From: Sphaerodactylus townsendi
Lineage: Eukaryota
Assembly: GCF_021028975.2 (NCBI RefSeq)
Contig: NC_059428.1
Span: 138,880,001-138,944,000, forward strand
Reading direction: 5' to 3'
Length of the DNA: 64,000 bases
Below, piece by piece: positions 11,401-25,892 of the stretch. The notes below the pieces were generated by a model. The model made no database searches. It saw nothing but the letters and a program-made list of their open reading frames with translations, and was not told where the DNA came from. The position numbers and the translations under genes were made by a program. How positions within the stretch are numbered: position 1 is the first letter of the stretch; the number at the start of each line of letters is the position of its first letter.

Positions 11401-14400
11401 TCAAGAACCAACCCCTGTTGACAGAAGGTGTCGCTGGTCTATCTGTGCTACTTGCTAACTCACAAGCAAGTTCTGCTGCTTGAGAGTTGAAATGATGCAA
11501 AATGTTGGGCAAGTGTCCCGGGAGGAGAGAGCAAAGCAGGAGAGAAGAAGAAGAGTTTGGATTTATATCCCCCCTTTTTCTCCTGTAGGAGACTCAAAGG
11601 GACTTACAATCTGCTTTCCGTCTCCCCCCTCCACAACAAACGCCCTGTGAGGTGGATGGGGCTGAGAGAGCTCCGAAGAACTGGGACTAGCCCAAGGTCA
11701 CCCAGCTGGCATGTGTTGGAGTGCACAAGCTAATCTGGTTCCCTAGTTAAGCCTCCACAGCTTGAGTGCCAGAGCAGGGAATCAAACCCAGTTCTCCAGA
11801 TTAGAGTGCACCGGCTCTTGACCACTACGCCACTCTGGAAGAGGAGTTTGGATTTCTGCCCTGCTTTTCTCTCCTGCAAGGAGCCTCACAGTGGCTTACA
11901 AACTCCTTTCCCTTCCCCTCCCTGCAACAGACACTTGTGGGACTGAGAGAGCCCTGAGAAAACTGTGACTAGCCCCAGGTCCCCTAGCAGGCTTTGTGTG
12001 TAGGACCTGGGAAACAAATCCAGTTCCCCAGATAAGAGTCTGCCGCTTATGTGGAGGTGTGAAGAATCAAACCTGGTTCTCCATATTAGAGTCCACCTGC
12101 TCTTAACACTGACACAATGCTGGCTCTCAAAAGAGAGGAAGACTCTTATTTCTGGGTGCTCCAACAGATGACTCTTCCCTCTTTGGGACTAAGGCCCTAG
12201 GTTAGACAAGGTCTTCTGGTGCCCTCTGTGAATGGGGGCAAGTGCAGCTCTGCCAGTGTAGTGCCTGCTGCTTTCTTGTTCCCTGCATGTAAACTGATGG
12301 GTGGGCTTGAAGGGCCCCGGTCCTGGTTTGAGCACGGGGTGGCAGCTGACTAGCGTCCTCTTTCTTTCTCTCCCTGCCAGTACATCATGGAGCTAACGTT
12401 CACTCAGGCAGCCAAGGGTGTGAATAAGGAGATGGTGGTGAACATCAATGATGCCTGCCAGCGCTGTGACGGCCAAGGCCACGAGCCGGGCACCAAAGTG
12501 CAGCACTGCCACTACTGCAACGGCACTGGCATGGTAAGCCCAGCCAAGAGGGGCAACCCCTGTGAAGCCCCTGCTCTGTTCCTTAGCTGCCGCCAGAAGG
12601 AGAAGCTCTTCTTCATGCTTGGCACAGTCGTGCATCTGCTTTTGAGAAGGAGGCTCCCGGGGTTCAACAAATGCAGAAGGCCCCTCCGGAGACACCGAAT
12701 CAGCTGTTCACCGTTTTCCCCGTAGGAGACTATCAATACGGGCCCCTTTGTGATGCGCTCGACATGCCGGAGGTGTGGTGGCCGTGGCTCTGTCATGACG
12801 ACCCCGTGTGCTCTGTGTCGAGGCACAGGCCAGACCAAGCAGAAGAAGTCGGTGACGGTCCCAGTTCCAGCAGGTGAGTGGGGAACAGCTGCTCCCGGCC
12901 AGATGCACCAGGGAGGAAAAACACTCTCTGGCTTCTTCCCTTCCTTTTAGTGGGAGAAGGCTTTGTGTGTGGCTCCCCAGCATCGGCAAAGGCCCCGTGG
13001 GGCAAGAAGGGGCAAAGTGGTCTGCTTTCACTTTGGAGCAGGCCTCCTCTGCTCTCTTTCTCAAAATGTCCTGCTGGTCACATGGAGGCATACTGGGGAA
13101 CGTTGCCTGTGTTCTTGTGCCGAGAAGCCAAGAGTCTTTTAAGCGTGACACTTTTTAACTACTGCTGTCCTTGAATAAATGCAAATAATCTTGTGGCTTC
13201 GGATGGCTGCCAATCTGTTGCTTGGAACATAGCATCGTAGGGTTGAAAGGGGCCATTAGCCCAAACTCCTGCTCAGTGCGGGATCAGCCTGGAGCATCCC
13301 TGACAGGTGTTTGTCCAGCTTCTGCTGCTTCTTAAAGACTGCCAGTGAGGGGCAGCTCACCATCTCCCTAGGAAGCTGAGTCCACTGTTGCCCAACACTT
13401 CCTGTACGTTTTCCTCCCCCCAATAACCAGCTGGAGCCTTTCCACCCATAATTTAAGCCCAGTATTTCAAATCCTCTCTGCTGCCCTCAGGAACAGCTCC
13501 CTGCCCTCCTCTAAGCGACAGCTCTTCCAATACTTGAAGAGAGCAATCATGTCTCCACCCCAACCTCCTCTTCTCCAGACTGAACATTTCCAAGTCTTTC
13601 CTCCTGAGGCTCAGTCTCCAGGCTCCTGGCCTTCCTCCTTGCTCTCCTCTGCACCCTTTTTGAAGTCCACACCCTTTCTGTCCACACCCTTTTTGAAGTG
13701 AGGCCTCCAGAACCGTACACAGACTCCAGGTGCCGTGTACCACAAGTCCATGATACCTTGCGATTTGGATGTTATGCCTCTGTTCATACATGCCAAGATT
13801 GCATTTACCCTTTGGGTTGCTGCATCACACGGGCTTATCTTTACCTTCCTGTCCACCCTGAGATCTTGTTTTCCCAGGCTCTGCTAATCAGTTGTGTATT
13901 CTCCGTCCAATCTGCCTGCTGCTAATTTTTGTGACCCAGACATAGAACTCTGTGCTTGACCTTGTTGAATTGCAATTTGTTCACATCCACCCGCTTTTTT
14001 CCCCAGTGGTTCAGATCTCATCAAATTCCATATCCTACCTTTGCGGCTGTTTGCTGCTTCTCCCAATTTGGCAACGCCTGCAAATTTAATGAGTCGTCCC
14101 TCCACCAGATTGTTTATAAAAATATTTAAAAGTACTGGGCCCAGAACGAAGCCCTGTGGCGGCATTCCATGGGACATCGCCCTCCATTCCGCTGAAAAGC
14201 TATTGATAATTTCTAAAATCCTGGCTTTACCTGTGGGTTGAAACATCAAGCGAAACAAAAACCCCAATTCCCGCACTCCTGAAGAAGCTTCACAAAATGT
14301 AATAATGGTGGCTGAAGTCGTTACAGCGACTCAATGAATGAGATGAGACGCAGCGATAACAGGAAGCTGGTGGAGAGAAGCCAGCGGCTTGTCCAGCTGA

Positions 14401-17400
14401 GCTAGCTAGTCTGCCGAACTGGGGTCCCTGGCACCTTTATTAAGGGTTTTGGGAAGGCGGGAGAGCGGGAGAAAGTTGCGCAATTCATGATTCAGTGGAG
14501 GGCTGCGTAAGTGCAGGGGGAAACGTTCCTGTCTGGGTCGAATCCACATTCAGGTATCTTGTGACCTGGGTGTCTGGGAGATCCCGTGATGTGCGTACGT
14601 GTGAGCCCAGGAGGGGACAGATGGCGCAGGCATTCTTGTGCACTTTCTGAGGCTCTACTGGGTTCGTTAACGCATCCCTACAGGTGGCTTCTCTGAGCCC
14701 TGAGCCCTTTTTGTGTGGGATTGAATGGAAATTGCTGGGGTGATGCCAGTCTGCAAAGGCTGGACGCTGGCAAGTGTTGTGTCAGGTGAGAGAGTTGACT
14801 GTTTTGCTCTTGTTTGGCTGCAGGTGTGGAGGATGGACAGACTGTTCGAATGCCTGTGGGCAAGAAGGAAATCTTCATCACCTTCAGGGTATGTGTCCTC
14901 TAAACCCACTGCTCAGTGTCAAAACTGGATGAAGAAGTAGGATTTATATCCCCATTTCCTCTCTTATAAGGAGACTCAAAGGGGCTCACAATCTCCTTTC
15001 CCTCTCCCCCTCCCCCACAACAAACACGCTGTGAGGTAAGTGAGGCTGAGAGAGCTCCAAAGAACTGTGAGTAGCCCAAGGTCACCCAGCTGGCATGTGT
15101 GTTGGAGTGCACAAACTAATCCGGTTCACCAGATAAACCTCCACAGCTCAAGTGGCAGAACAGGGAATTGAACCCGGTTCTCCAGATTAGAGTGCACCTG
15201 CTCTTAACCACTACGCTGGATGCATCCTGAACCCCCACCCTTAGCCTAAGAACCTCGTCTGCTCTTTGTTCTCAGGTTCAGAAAAGTCCTGTGTTCAGGA
15301 GAGATGGCGCAGATATTCATTCGGATCTCCTCATCTCGGTGGCTCAGGCTGTCCTAGGCGGGACAGCCCGCACGCCGGGCCTCTACGAGACCATCAGCAT
15401 CACGGTAGGTAGCAGCGGCTGACTGGGCAGAACTAGGAGCTGCCACCGGACGTCTGACTGAGCCTATCCGGGGCTGCTTTGTCTGGGCAACGCTGTGTTC
15501 CGCTGGAGCAGTTTGGGATTCTGGGAAAGGCCGGTGCCGTTTGTTCTGCTTTGATCCAAAATGCGCAGGGACCATTTTTCTGTCAGAGATGCTGCTGAGG
15601 CAGAGGCAGAGCCGGGGATCGGCCCCTTTTGACCTGCTTGTCAAAGAAAGACAGACTGGAGCTGTCTTCTCTCATCCACCTGACGCTGCTTCCTGCTCTC
15701 AGGCTAACTTTTGTCACTTCTTTAGATTTTAAAAATTCTCTTTAGTGGGGCGGTTCCCAGGAGAAGTCAGCTCAGTCTCTGAAGCAGGTCTGCGTGCAGG
15801 TGCTTGAATGACCCCCCCCCCAATTCTGTCCCCCTCCCAGATACCCGCTGGTATTCAGTCAGATCAGAGGATCCGGATGAGTGGGAAAGGCATTCCAAGA
15901 GTGAACAGTTATGGCTATGGAGACCACTACATTCATATAAAAATCAGGATTCCCAAGTAAGTCAAGGTGGTGTGTATGGTGGGGGGGGGGGATTTTTGGA
16001 GCATACCAAGAGACCCTCATTTGAGGGTGTTCTAGAGAGTCTGGGATTTCTGCCTGCCTCTGTTGCTCACTCCTTGGCCTGGGGAATTGCAGCTGCCTGG
16101 TTTTTGGTTCTAGCGGAAGACTGACTTCCAGGCCCTCTTCTGCAAGGGTGGCTGTCTTTGGCAACTGGGGAAGGCCCTGCTCAGCCTTCGAAAAACCACT
16201 TTGGGGGAAGCCTGAAGACATGTAAAATGGCGTCCAAGTCTCCCTCTCCCTCTGAGCTTCTGGGCCACAGGCGTTCCCTGGGCCTTCAGATCCTCCAGTT
16301 CAGCACCCCTTTCTCTCCACACTGCAGGAGGCTGACTGACCGCCAGCGAGCCTTGATGCTTAGCTATGCAGAAGATGAGACGGAGGTGGAAGGGACCGTG
16401 GACGGAGTTACAAACACCTCCACAGGTAAGCAGAGCTCACTGTTGAAGACGGCCTCCTCTCGCCTGCCAGATCTGAAATCTAGCGCAATCTTCAGGTGAG
16501 CTGTGTCACCTTATGCACTGGGCTTCATGGTGACCAGTGACGTCGCCCTGGAGTAGAAGGCCTTCCATGTGGATCCTGCCCCAAATTGAGCTGGGGGGGG
16601 GGCAGGGGGAGGCTCAGTCTTGCTCCCGTTACAAGGCTCTCTGCACATCCCGCGTCTGCCTCAGTGAGGTTCACCTGCAGGCATTTAACACTCAGTGGGG
16701 TGGAGAAGGAGTTGTCTGGGTTGGCCTTCCTTATAGAGCAGGGGTGTCCAACTGGGGGAAACTCCTCCTTGATGCAGGAGCCCAGCATCTGAAGAAGTTC
16801 TCCTTCAATCCAGCACAGCCTGACTTGGGCAGCAAACAACAGAGAAAAAGGCCATTTCATTCACGTCACGTCTCGTCCACCTGCTTGTGCTACAGTGCAG
16901 AAGGTGGGCTGCCACGTGTGAAGGGGAAGTGGTGCATCTGACCCACAGGTTTCAAACTCGTGGCCCTCCAGATGTTATGAACTACAGTTCCCATCATCCC
17001 CTGCCAGCATGATGCTGGCAGGGGATGATGGGCTGCCTCAATCTGGAGAACCTATCAATCTAACCGGTGTTGCAATGGAGGGCAGTCGCCGCTCTGTTTG
17101 ACACCTATGATCTAACCCATCATGCTGGCAGGGGATGATGGGAACTGTAGTCCATAGCATCTGGAGGGCCGCAAGTTTGACACGTGTGATCTAACCGGTG
17201 TTGCAATGGAGGGCAGTCGCTGCTCTGAGAGAGGCAGAGGTTATTCGCAGGGCATCCTGACTTCTTTGTGGGTCCGGTGGCCCCTTGCCCTCTAGAGCTG
17301 CCCTGCTTGTGCTCGACCTTGTGGACCCTGTGGGCCATTTTGAACTTTTAGGGAAGGGTCGTGAATGGTACAATGAAATGGCTGCCACTGGGAAGGAAGT

Positions 17401-18303
17401 GGCATTTTGGTGTACTTTTTGTTGGCACAGGAAAGCTCTGGGCACAGCAAAATAAGCAAAGCGGACTGAAATCATGACTGTTTATAAATATAGTTGAACT
17501 TAGGGTGTTGTGGGTTTCCCAGGTTGTATGGCCATGTTCCAGCAGATCCTCTGGAGATGCCAGCCACAGATGCAGGTGAAACGTCAGAAGAAAATGCTAC
17601 TGGAACACGGCCGTACAACCTGGGAAACCCACAACACCCCAGTGATCCAGGCTGGGAAAGCATTGAACAATACATAGTTGAACTTAGTTGGGCTGGTTTT
17701 CTCCCAGCCCCTTCACCCCTTTAGTTATTTAGTTTCTTAAATGAGTTTTGGACAAAGAGGAAAGGGAAGATTCGGTTTATGACAGTAGTTACAGTTACAG
17801 TAGTTACAGTTTGACAGTAGTTACAGTTACAGAACAGTCAGGTAATAGTGTGATTGCCAGAGGTGACTTCTGCTTGTCCAGTTGAAATAAATTGTGGTGG
17901 TGGTCTTAGCTGCCACCTGCAAGTCTTCAGGAAATTGAGACCTGCAGCAGGCCTGTGATTGGGGGTCCTGAAGCTGTTGTCCAGTGGGATTTATTTGTGG
18001 GGATCTTCAGGTGTTCTTGAGGCAAGGTGGACTTTCCAGTCTGCTAAAGATTATTAGGTAGGCTGTGTTTGTGGGGTGGTTTGCCTTCCCCAGTCACCCA
18101 CAGTTTACCCCCAGCAAGCTGCGTACTCCTTTTATTGACTTGGCAGGCAGAGGCTGAGTCATCCGTGAGCCGGCTGCCTGAAAGCCACTTCTGTCAGGGG
18201 CAGAGCTTGGACTGCTGGACTGCAGCTGACCTCTCTGTGCTGTGAGGCTGCGGGGGTCTTCCCCTGTCCTGCGGGGGGGGGGGGGGGGGGGGGGGCGCCC
18301 CCC

Positions 18304-18352
<49 letters not shown>

Positions 18353-19447
18353 CTGCCGGGGGCTCAGCATCCAGAGTGCTGTCTTCCATTGGGACCAGAC
18401 TCCAGGCTGAGGGAGGTGTCAGTCCCCCCTCCCTTTGGCTCTTGAAGGGCTCCTTCTCTTCCTACCCCCTCCTCTCACTACACACTTTTTGCTACAGGTG
18501 AAGCTGTTGTTGTCAAATGGTTTCTGTCAAGCTGTGAGCTCAGATGCCTGTGACTTCAGAAGAGGCAGCTGCTGCCCTGCCTTGAAGAGGGGAGAGGGGA
18601 AGCCTGGCCACCCCCCCTCCCCCCCGGCCAATCTTGTTCCCATCCCTGCAACACCACAGCCTCTCATTACCTTGTGCACCTTAAAGCCAGCTGGGGTGTA
18701 AGGGTGGGGGGAGGGAGGGAGGGAGGGGACACAAGAGGTGACAGGGTTTGAGGAAGGAAGGGGGATCTGACAGTGGGGGGCTCAGTGGGGGTACCCTCCC
18801 ACATTCCTTCCTGATTTCATTTGGGTGGGCACCATGCAGAGGATCTCTGGCAAGATGGAATGGCTGCAGGTTCCCTGGCAGATGGTTTTCTGTGCTGATG
18901 GGATCTTCGATCCGCCAGGCCCCTCTCAGCCACTGGAAGGGGGGGGGGGGGCTCAGCTGAAGTCGGACTCCTTGGGGGCGGGGGAGCTTTGGGCAGATGG
19001 GGGGGTGCCCTGCACTGGACTGGGAGGAGCCTGGAGTGCAATTGGGAACCTGACCTCCTGAGTAATTGATTGCATTCTGAGGGGGTGGCCCAGAGCGCTG
19101 GGAGGCTGGGTCCAGAACTGCCCATAGAACAGGAGGGTCAGAGCACTCAATGCTCATTCAGACTGACTGCAGGGATGCTCTGGCACCGGGCGTGTTGGGA
19201 TTGGAGCTGTCCTCCAGGTCCTCTGAGGGAGCGTGAAGGTGGAGGCCAGCTTCCCCTTGGTGGGCGGCCAGGCGAGGGGTGGCGGGGCTGTGTGCCAGTC
19301 AGCGTGTGCCCTGATGCTGCTCTCTGCTGTTTGTATGCAGGTGGCTGGGGTGCGGCTAGAGCGGGGGCAGGCAAGGACAGGCCGGAGACAGGGGACAGCC
19401 AAGAGGAGGGGTTCCTAGCGAAACTTAAGAGAATGTTTCGCTCCTGA
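8185..19447 (+). CDS. DNAJA3: DnaJ homolog subfamily A member 3, mitochondrial (Tid1), long isoform, ~465 aa
   Basis: Exons 8185-8344, 9424-9560, 10540-10623, 10763-10963, 12381-12533, 12726-12873, 14824-14888, 15276-15404, 15841-15956, 16328-16425, 19341-19447(stop). All are GT-AG and in phase. Basic presequence, J domain with HPD (KKYHPDTNK), four CxxCxGxG repeats, C-terminus [14 protein letters not shown]. Confidence 0.97.
8877..9164 (-). mobile_element. Squam3-like tRNA-derived SINE
   Basis: Reverse strand has A-box TGGCGTAGTGG, B-box GGTTTGATTCC and a (CTT)n tail. More than 10 related copies in the window. Confidence 0.8.
11545..12125 (-). mobile_element. Two tandem Squam3-like SINEs
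   Basis: Two consecutive copies (~11545-11836, ~11838-12125) of the same SINE. Confidence 0.8.
13225..14200 (-). mobile_element. CR1 LINE 3' fragment
   Basis: Degenerate RT peptide [18 protein letters not shown]...[10 protein letters not shown] (cf. GVPQGSVLGPVLFNIFINDL...KFADDTKLG) and MFSLEKRRL. Confidence 0.85.
14313..14682 (-). mobile_element. Solo LTR with 6-bp TSD
   Basis: TG...CA termini, perfect direct flanks GGTGGC (14307-14312, 14683-14688), TTAATAAA on the reverse strand. Confidence 0.6.
14931..15217 (-). mobile_element. Squam3-like SINE
   Basis: Near-full-length copy of the recurring SINE. Confidence 0.8.
16944..17188. mobile_element. Palindromic hAT MITE, rearranged
   Basis: Same family as 57915-58049. 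TSD ATCTGACC/ATCTAACC. Contains internal copies of its own right flank. Confidence 0.75.
17502..17670 (+). mobile_element. Penelope-like element fragment with hammerhead-like motif
   Basis: Inverted arms GGGTGTTGTGGGTTTCCCAGGTTGTA / TACAACCTGGGAAACCCACAACACCC around TCCTCTGGAGATGCCAGCCACAGATGCAGGTGAAACGTCAG. Confidence 0.75.
17781..17833. repeat. Short tandem repeat of ACAGTAGTTACAGTT-like units
   Basis: Visible tandem iterations. Confidence 0.7.
18273..18352. repeat. Poly-G / poly-C / poly-G tract
   Basis: About 23 G, a short C run, then about 47 G. Confidence 0.9.
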
Positions 19448-20039
19448 ACCGCCCCCGAGGTAGGAGGCCTCTTCTCTTCTTTTCCCGCCCAGGCCGCTGA
19501 GTCTGGCTGCGGAAAGGCTGGCAGGTGGGGGCAGCGTCACCCAGGGCGTCACCCAGGGCAAAGTGGAACAGCAGAGTGCGCAGGGCCCTCGTTTTTCTTC
19601 TGTGCTGCAGTCCCACAGGAGGCCTCTGCAAGCCACACACCCCACAGCCTCCTCGGCCTTGGGCCTGCTTCAGGGGGGTGGGGGTGGGGGTGGGCAGAGG
19701 CTCAAGGCAGAGGAGGGCAGTTGAGGCAGAGTGCAGCCAACATACAAAGGGGGCCCCAGAAGCATCCTTGAGGCCCACAACCCTTGATGCAGGAGCCCGC
19801 CAGAGAAGGGGGAGAACCTTGCCCCCCCCCCCACCGCCAGTCCAGGCAGAGATGGGCTCTAGATGGTGGCATGCAGGAGAAGAGCTCTGGGCAGTCTGTC
19901 AGGTTGTGAGGGGGGGGAGGGGTCCAGCTGGCCTCTTACTGTCGCTGCCACACCTGTTGGGAGTGCTGACCCAGTCGCTGCTTCTGGCAGCTGAGCTTGA
20001 GGCGCATCAACGGGCCTTCCTTTTTGTTTCTGGCTCCAG

Positions 20040-20062
20040 GAAAACGTTCTGCTGGAAACTAG
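20040..20062 (+). CDS. DNAJA3: DNAJA3 terminal exon coding part for the short isoform (Tid1-S, GKRSAGN*)
   Basis: Polypyrimidine tract + CAG at 20037-20039. Splicing from 16425 gives G-KRSAGN-TAG, equivalent to human Tid1-S GKRSTGN. Confidence 0.9.
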
Positions 20063-21525
20063 GCTTGGATGGCTGCAGTCCGGGGGCTGGAGGAAAAGGG
20101 AGCCCAGAACCTGCCCACGGAGCCCAGCCAGATGCTTGAGCTCGAGGCCCGCTGGTGGGGACGGTGGAGCAGCCATCTTTGCAACATCGACCCCAGGAGG
20201 GGTGAAGGACCGACCTACCGTGGAGAATTGGTCCCCTCCTGCTGTTGTGGACAGATGGGAATCTGAACAGGCTGAGTGAGCTTGACCTCTGGCTATCCCA
20301 AGGTTTTGACGAGGGGGGAGAACTGAGTCCCTGGAGAGAAGGGCGGCTTCCCTGTTTCCTTTCCCCTCCCCCTTGGAGGGAGGTGTGGTTCCGGAGGAGA
20401 GGCCTATAGCAATTTCCTCTCGGTTGTCGAGCAGCAGTTAAATCGCTCCCTCTCAGTGAGTTTTGCCCTTTGCACTTAAGGGGGGGGCTAGCATTAGGGG
20501 TGGCTCGACACAATCCCTCTTTGCGCAGGTCTTGCTCTCTTGTAAAGGATAGTGGCACGTAGGCTGCTTGGTCTGTGGTCACGTAGGGTGATCGCTCGTT
20601 GATCTTGGCCTTTGCCCCCAAGTTGGGAAGCCCTGGCCAGCCGCCACGTCTGCACTTAGCACACGTGAATGCTTCGGAAGTGCAGAATTGGAGGGCGGAG
20701 GGAGAGGGCCTCTTTCCTTTTGCATCTTGTCGTGCTCCTGGCTGGGGAAGGGACAACTGTTAGAGGGGTGGGGGCCAGTCTCTGCGTGATCCCCACAGCC
20801 AGGCATTTGTGTTCTCTTCATTTGACACCCCCCCGCCCACACAAACCTGTTACCAAGCAGTGCGCGTAGCCACCCAACAAAGTCCGTTAGGTGTATTCAA
20901 GGTTAATGTAAATAATAGAATTGCTCTATAAAAATGTTTAATTTGTTTTATTTTGTTTTTCAAAACTCCAACATTTAGGGCTTGGGGGGATGGAAAGAGG
21001 GAAGTAGAAAGAATGTTCCTGGGTTTGCCTTGGGAGCTGTTCAGATCGAGAGGGGAGCGTTGGAAACTGGTCACTTTTCCTTCCTCTGCTTATGGTGATT
21101 GAAAAGCCATTTCTGGTTGCATCTGGTTGTCATGGAGAAATGAGGCGTTCCCCCTTCATAGAATCCTAGAGTTGGGAGATACCCCCAAGGGCCATCCAGT
21201 CCTACCCCCTCCCCTGCAGGAACACACAATCACAGCCCTCCTGACGAAAAGGAGGCCGCTGTTCTGGCTGCCTTGGTATGCTGCAGCCCCTTAAAGGAGC
21301 ATGCCGGAGTTGGCACCCACCTGAGAGAATTGGCCTGGGGGGCGGGGGTGGGGGTTTGGCTCTGGGGAAGACTCTAAGCCCGGCAGCTTCACCTACCCTC
21401 TTAAGGATGATGTGTTTTGCCCCTTTCTGTGTGGGGCAGCCACAGCCCCTGGGCCTGAGAGAGAAGCTGAGCCTGGCCCCAGATTGCCCTCTCCCTTTCA
21501 GATTGGAGCAGAACCTTTTTCCCTC

Positions 21526-24596
<3,071 letters not shown>

Positions 24597-25099
24597 CTTG
24601 AGGGATCAAAAGGAAACAGCTTTCCTGGAAAAGACCGGGGCGGGGGGGTGGGAGAGAGAGAGAATGAAGACTAACAGGATGTGTTCAGGTCCTCAGAGAG
24701 AGTCAAAGATGCAAGTTCAGAACCACAAACTGTCATGCAAGGTCAATTAAAGAAATTAATGCAAGGTCAATTAATGAGTAACCACTTCTCCCCCACCCCT
24801 TTTCCTATTGGCCCTCCTTCATTGGATCCCTCCCCACTGCATGCCTCAAATCGGTGGTGGGGGAGGGGGGAATACAGTCCTTTCCCACACTCACTTGCAT
24901 TAAAGGAATTAATGGCCACAGGAAGAAGGAGCGTAGACGTGGGACCAACCAAATGACGCAGAGCACCAAGCAAGGTTTTGAGGCCAGGTGTTTCAAAAAG
25001 AAGGCGGCCCCCTGCGAACAACCCAGCAGTACAGGTTTACTAGGGAAAAACAAATGGGGAAAACGTTGGGTCTGATTTAGCACATTCAGTTTGATTTAT

Positions 25100-25345
25100 T
25101 AGAAGAAGAAACGTTTGGATTTATACCCTGCTTTTCTCAGCTGTAAGGAATCTCAAAGCCACTTACAAACTCCTTCCCTTCCTCTCCGCACAACAGGCAC
25201 CTCGGGAGGCAGGTGAGGCTGAGAGAATTCTGAGAGAACTGTGACTGGTATAAGGTCACCCAGCAGGCTTCATGTGGAGGAGTGGGGAAACAAATCCAGT
25301 TCACCTGATAAGAGCATCCCACTCTTAACCATTACACCATGCAGG
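25100..25345 (-). mobile_element. Squam3-like SINE
   Basis: Homologous to the other copies, with a (CTT)n tail. Confidence 0.7.
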
Positions 25346-25693
25346 CTCTTATGTTTAGTAGAAATTGTTTTAGAAGGGGCCCATGTTTGCTTTGATTAGA
25401 AAAACAATCAAGTGTGGTTTAAACGCAGCTGAATCTAGAAAAAATTACCGGAATAAAACTTGAAAAAGAGTGTAAAGGCTACATAGCACACATTTCCCTT
25501 GCGTTGGTTATTGGGTGTGTGTGTGTGTGTAAGAAATCAGTCATTGAAATCTATTCACACACTAATGTTAGCATGTGCCAAGAAATGTGCATGATTTGTC
25601 ATGGATGGCATTTCATTCCCTTCTGCAGGGGGCATTTGAGCATTCTGTTCCCTGTCTCTCTCCCTCAGGCATCGCTCGTGTCACCTGATAGTT

Positions 25694-25892
25694 CTGGGTT
25701 TTGTCGAAGGCTTTCACAGCCGGAATCATTAGCATATTGTGGGTTTTCCGGGTTGTATGGCTGTGTTCCAGCAGCATTTTCTCCTGACGTTTTGCCTGCA
25801 TCTGTGTCTAGCATCAAGCTGCAGGCAAAATGTCATGAGAAAATGCTGCTGGAACACAGCCATACAACCCGGAAAACCCACAACACACCAGT
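25694..25892. mobile_element. Penelope-like element fragment with inverted arms
   Basis: Same core as 7396-7570, folded back on itself. Confidence 0.75.

Noticed and set aside
14245-14295. GCGAAAC...CTGAAGA as a hammerhead
   Set aside because: No supporting stems.
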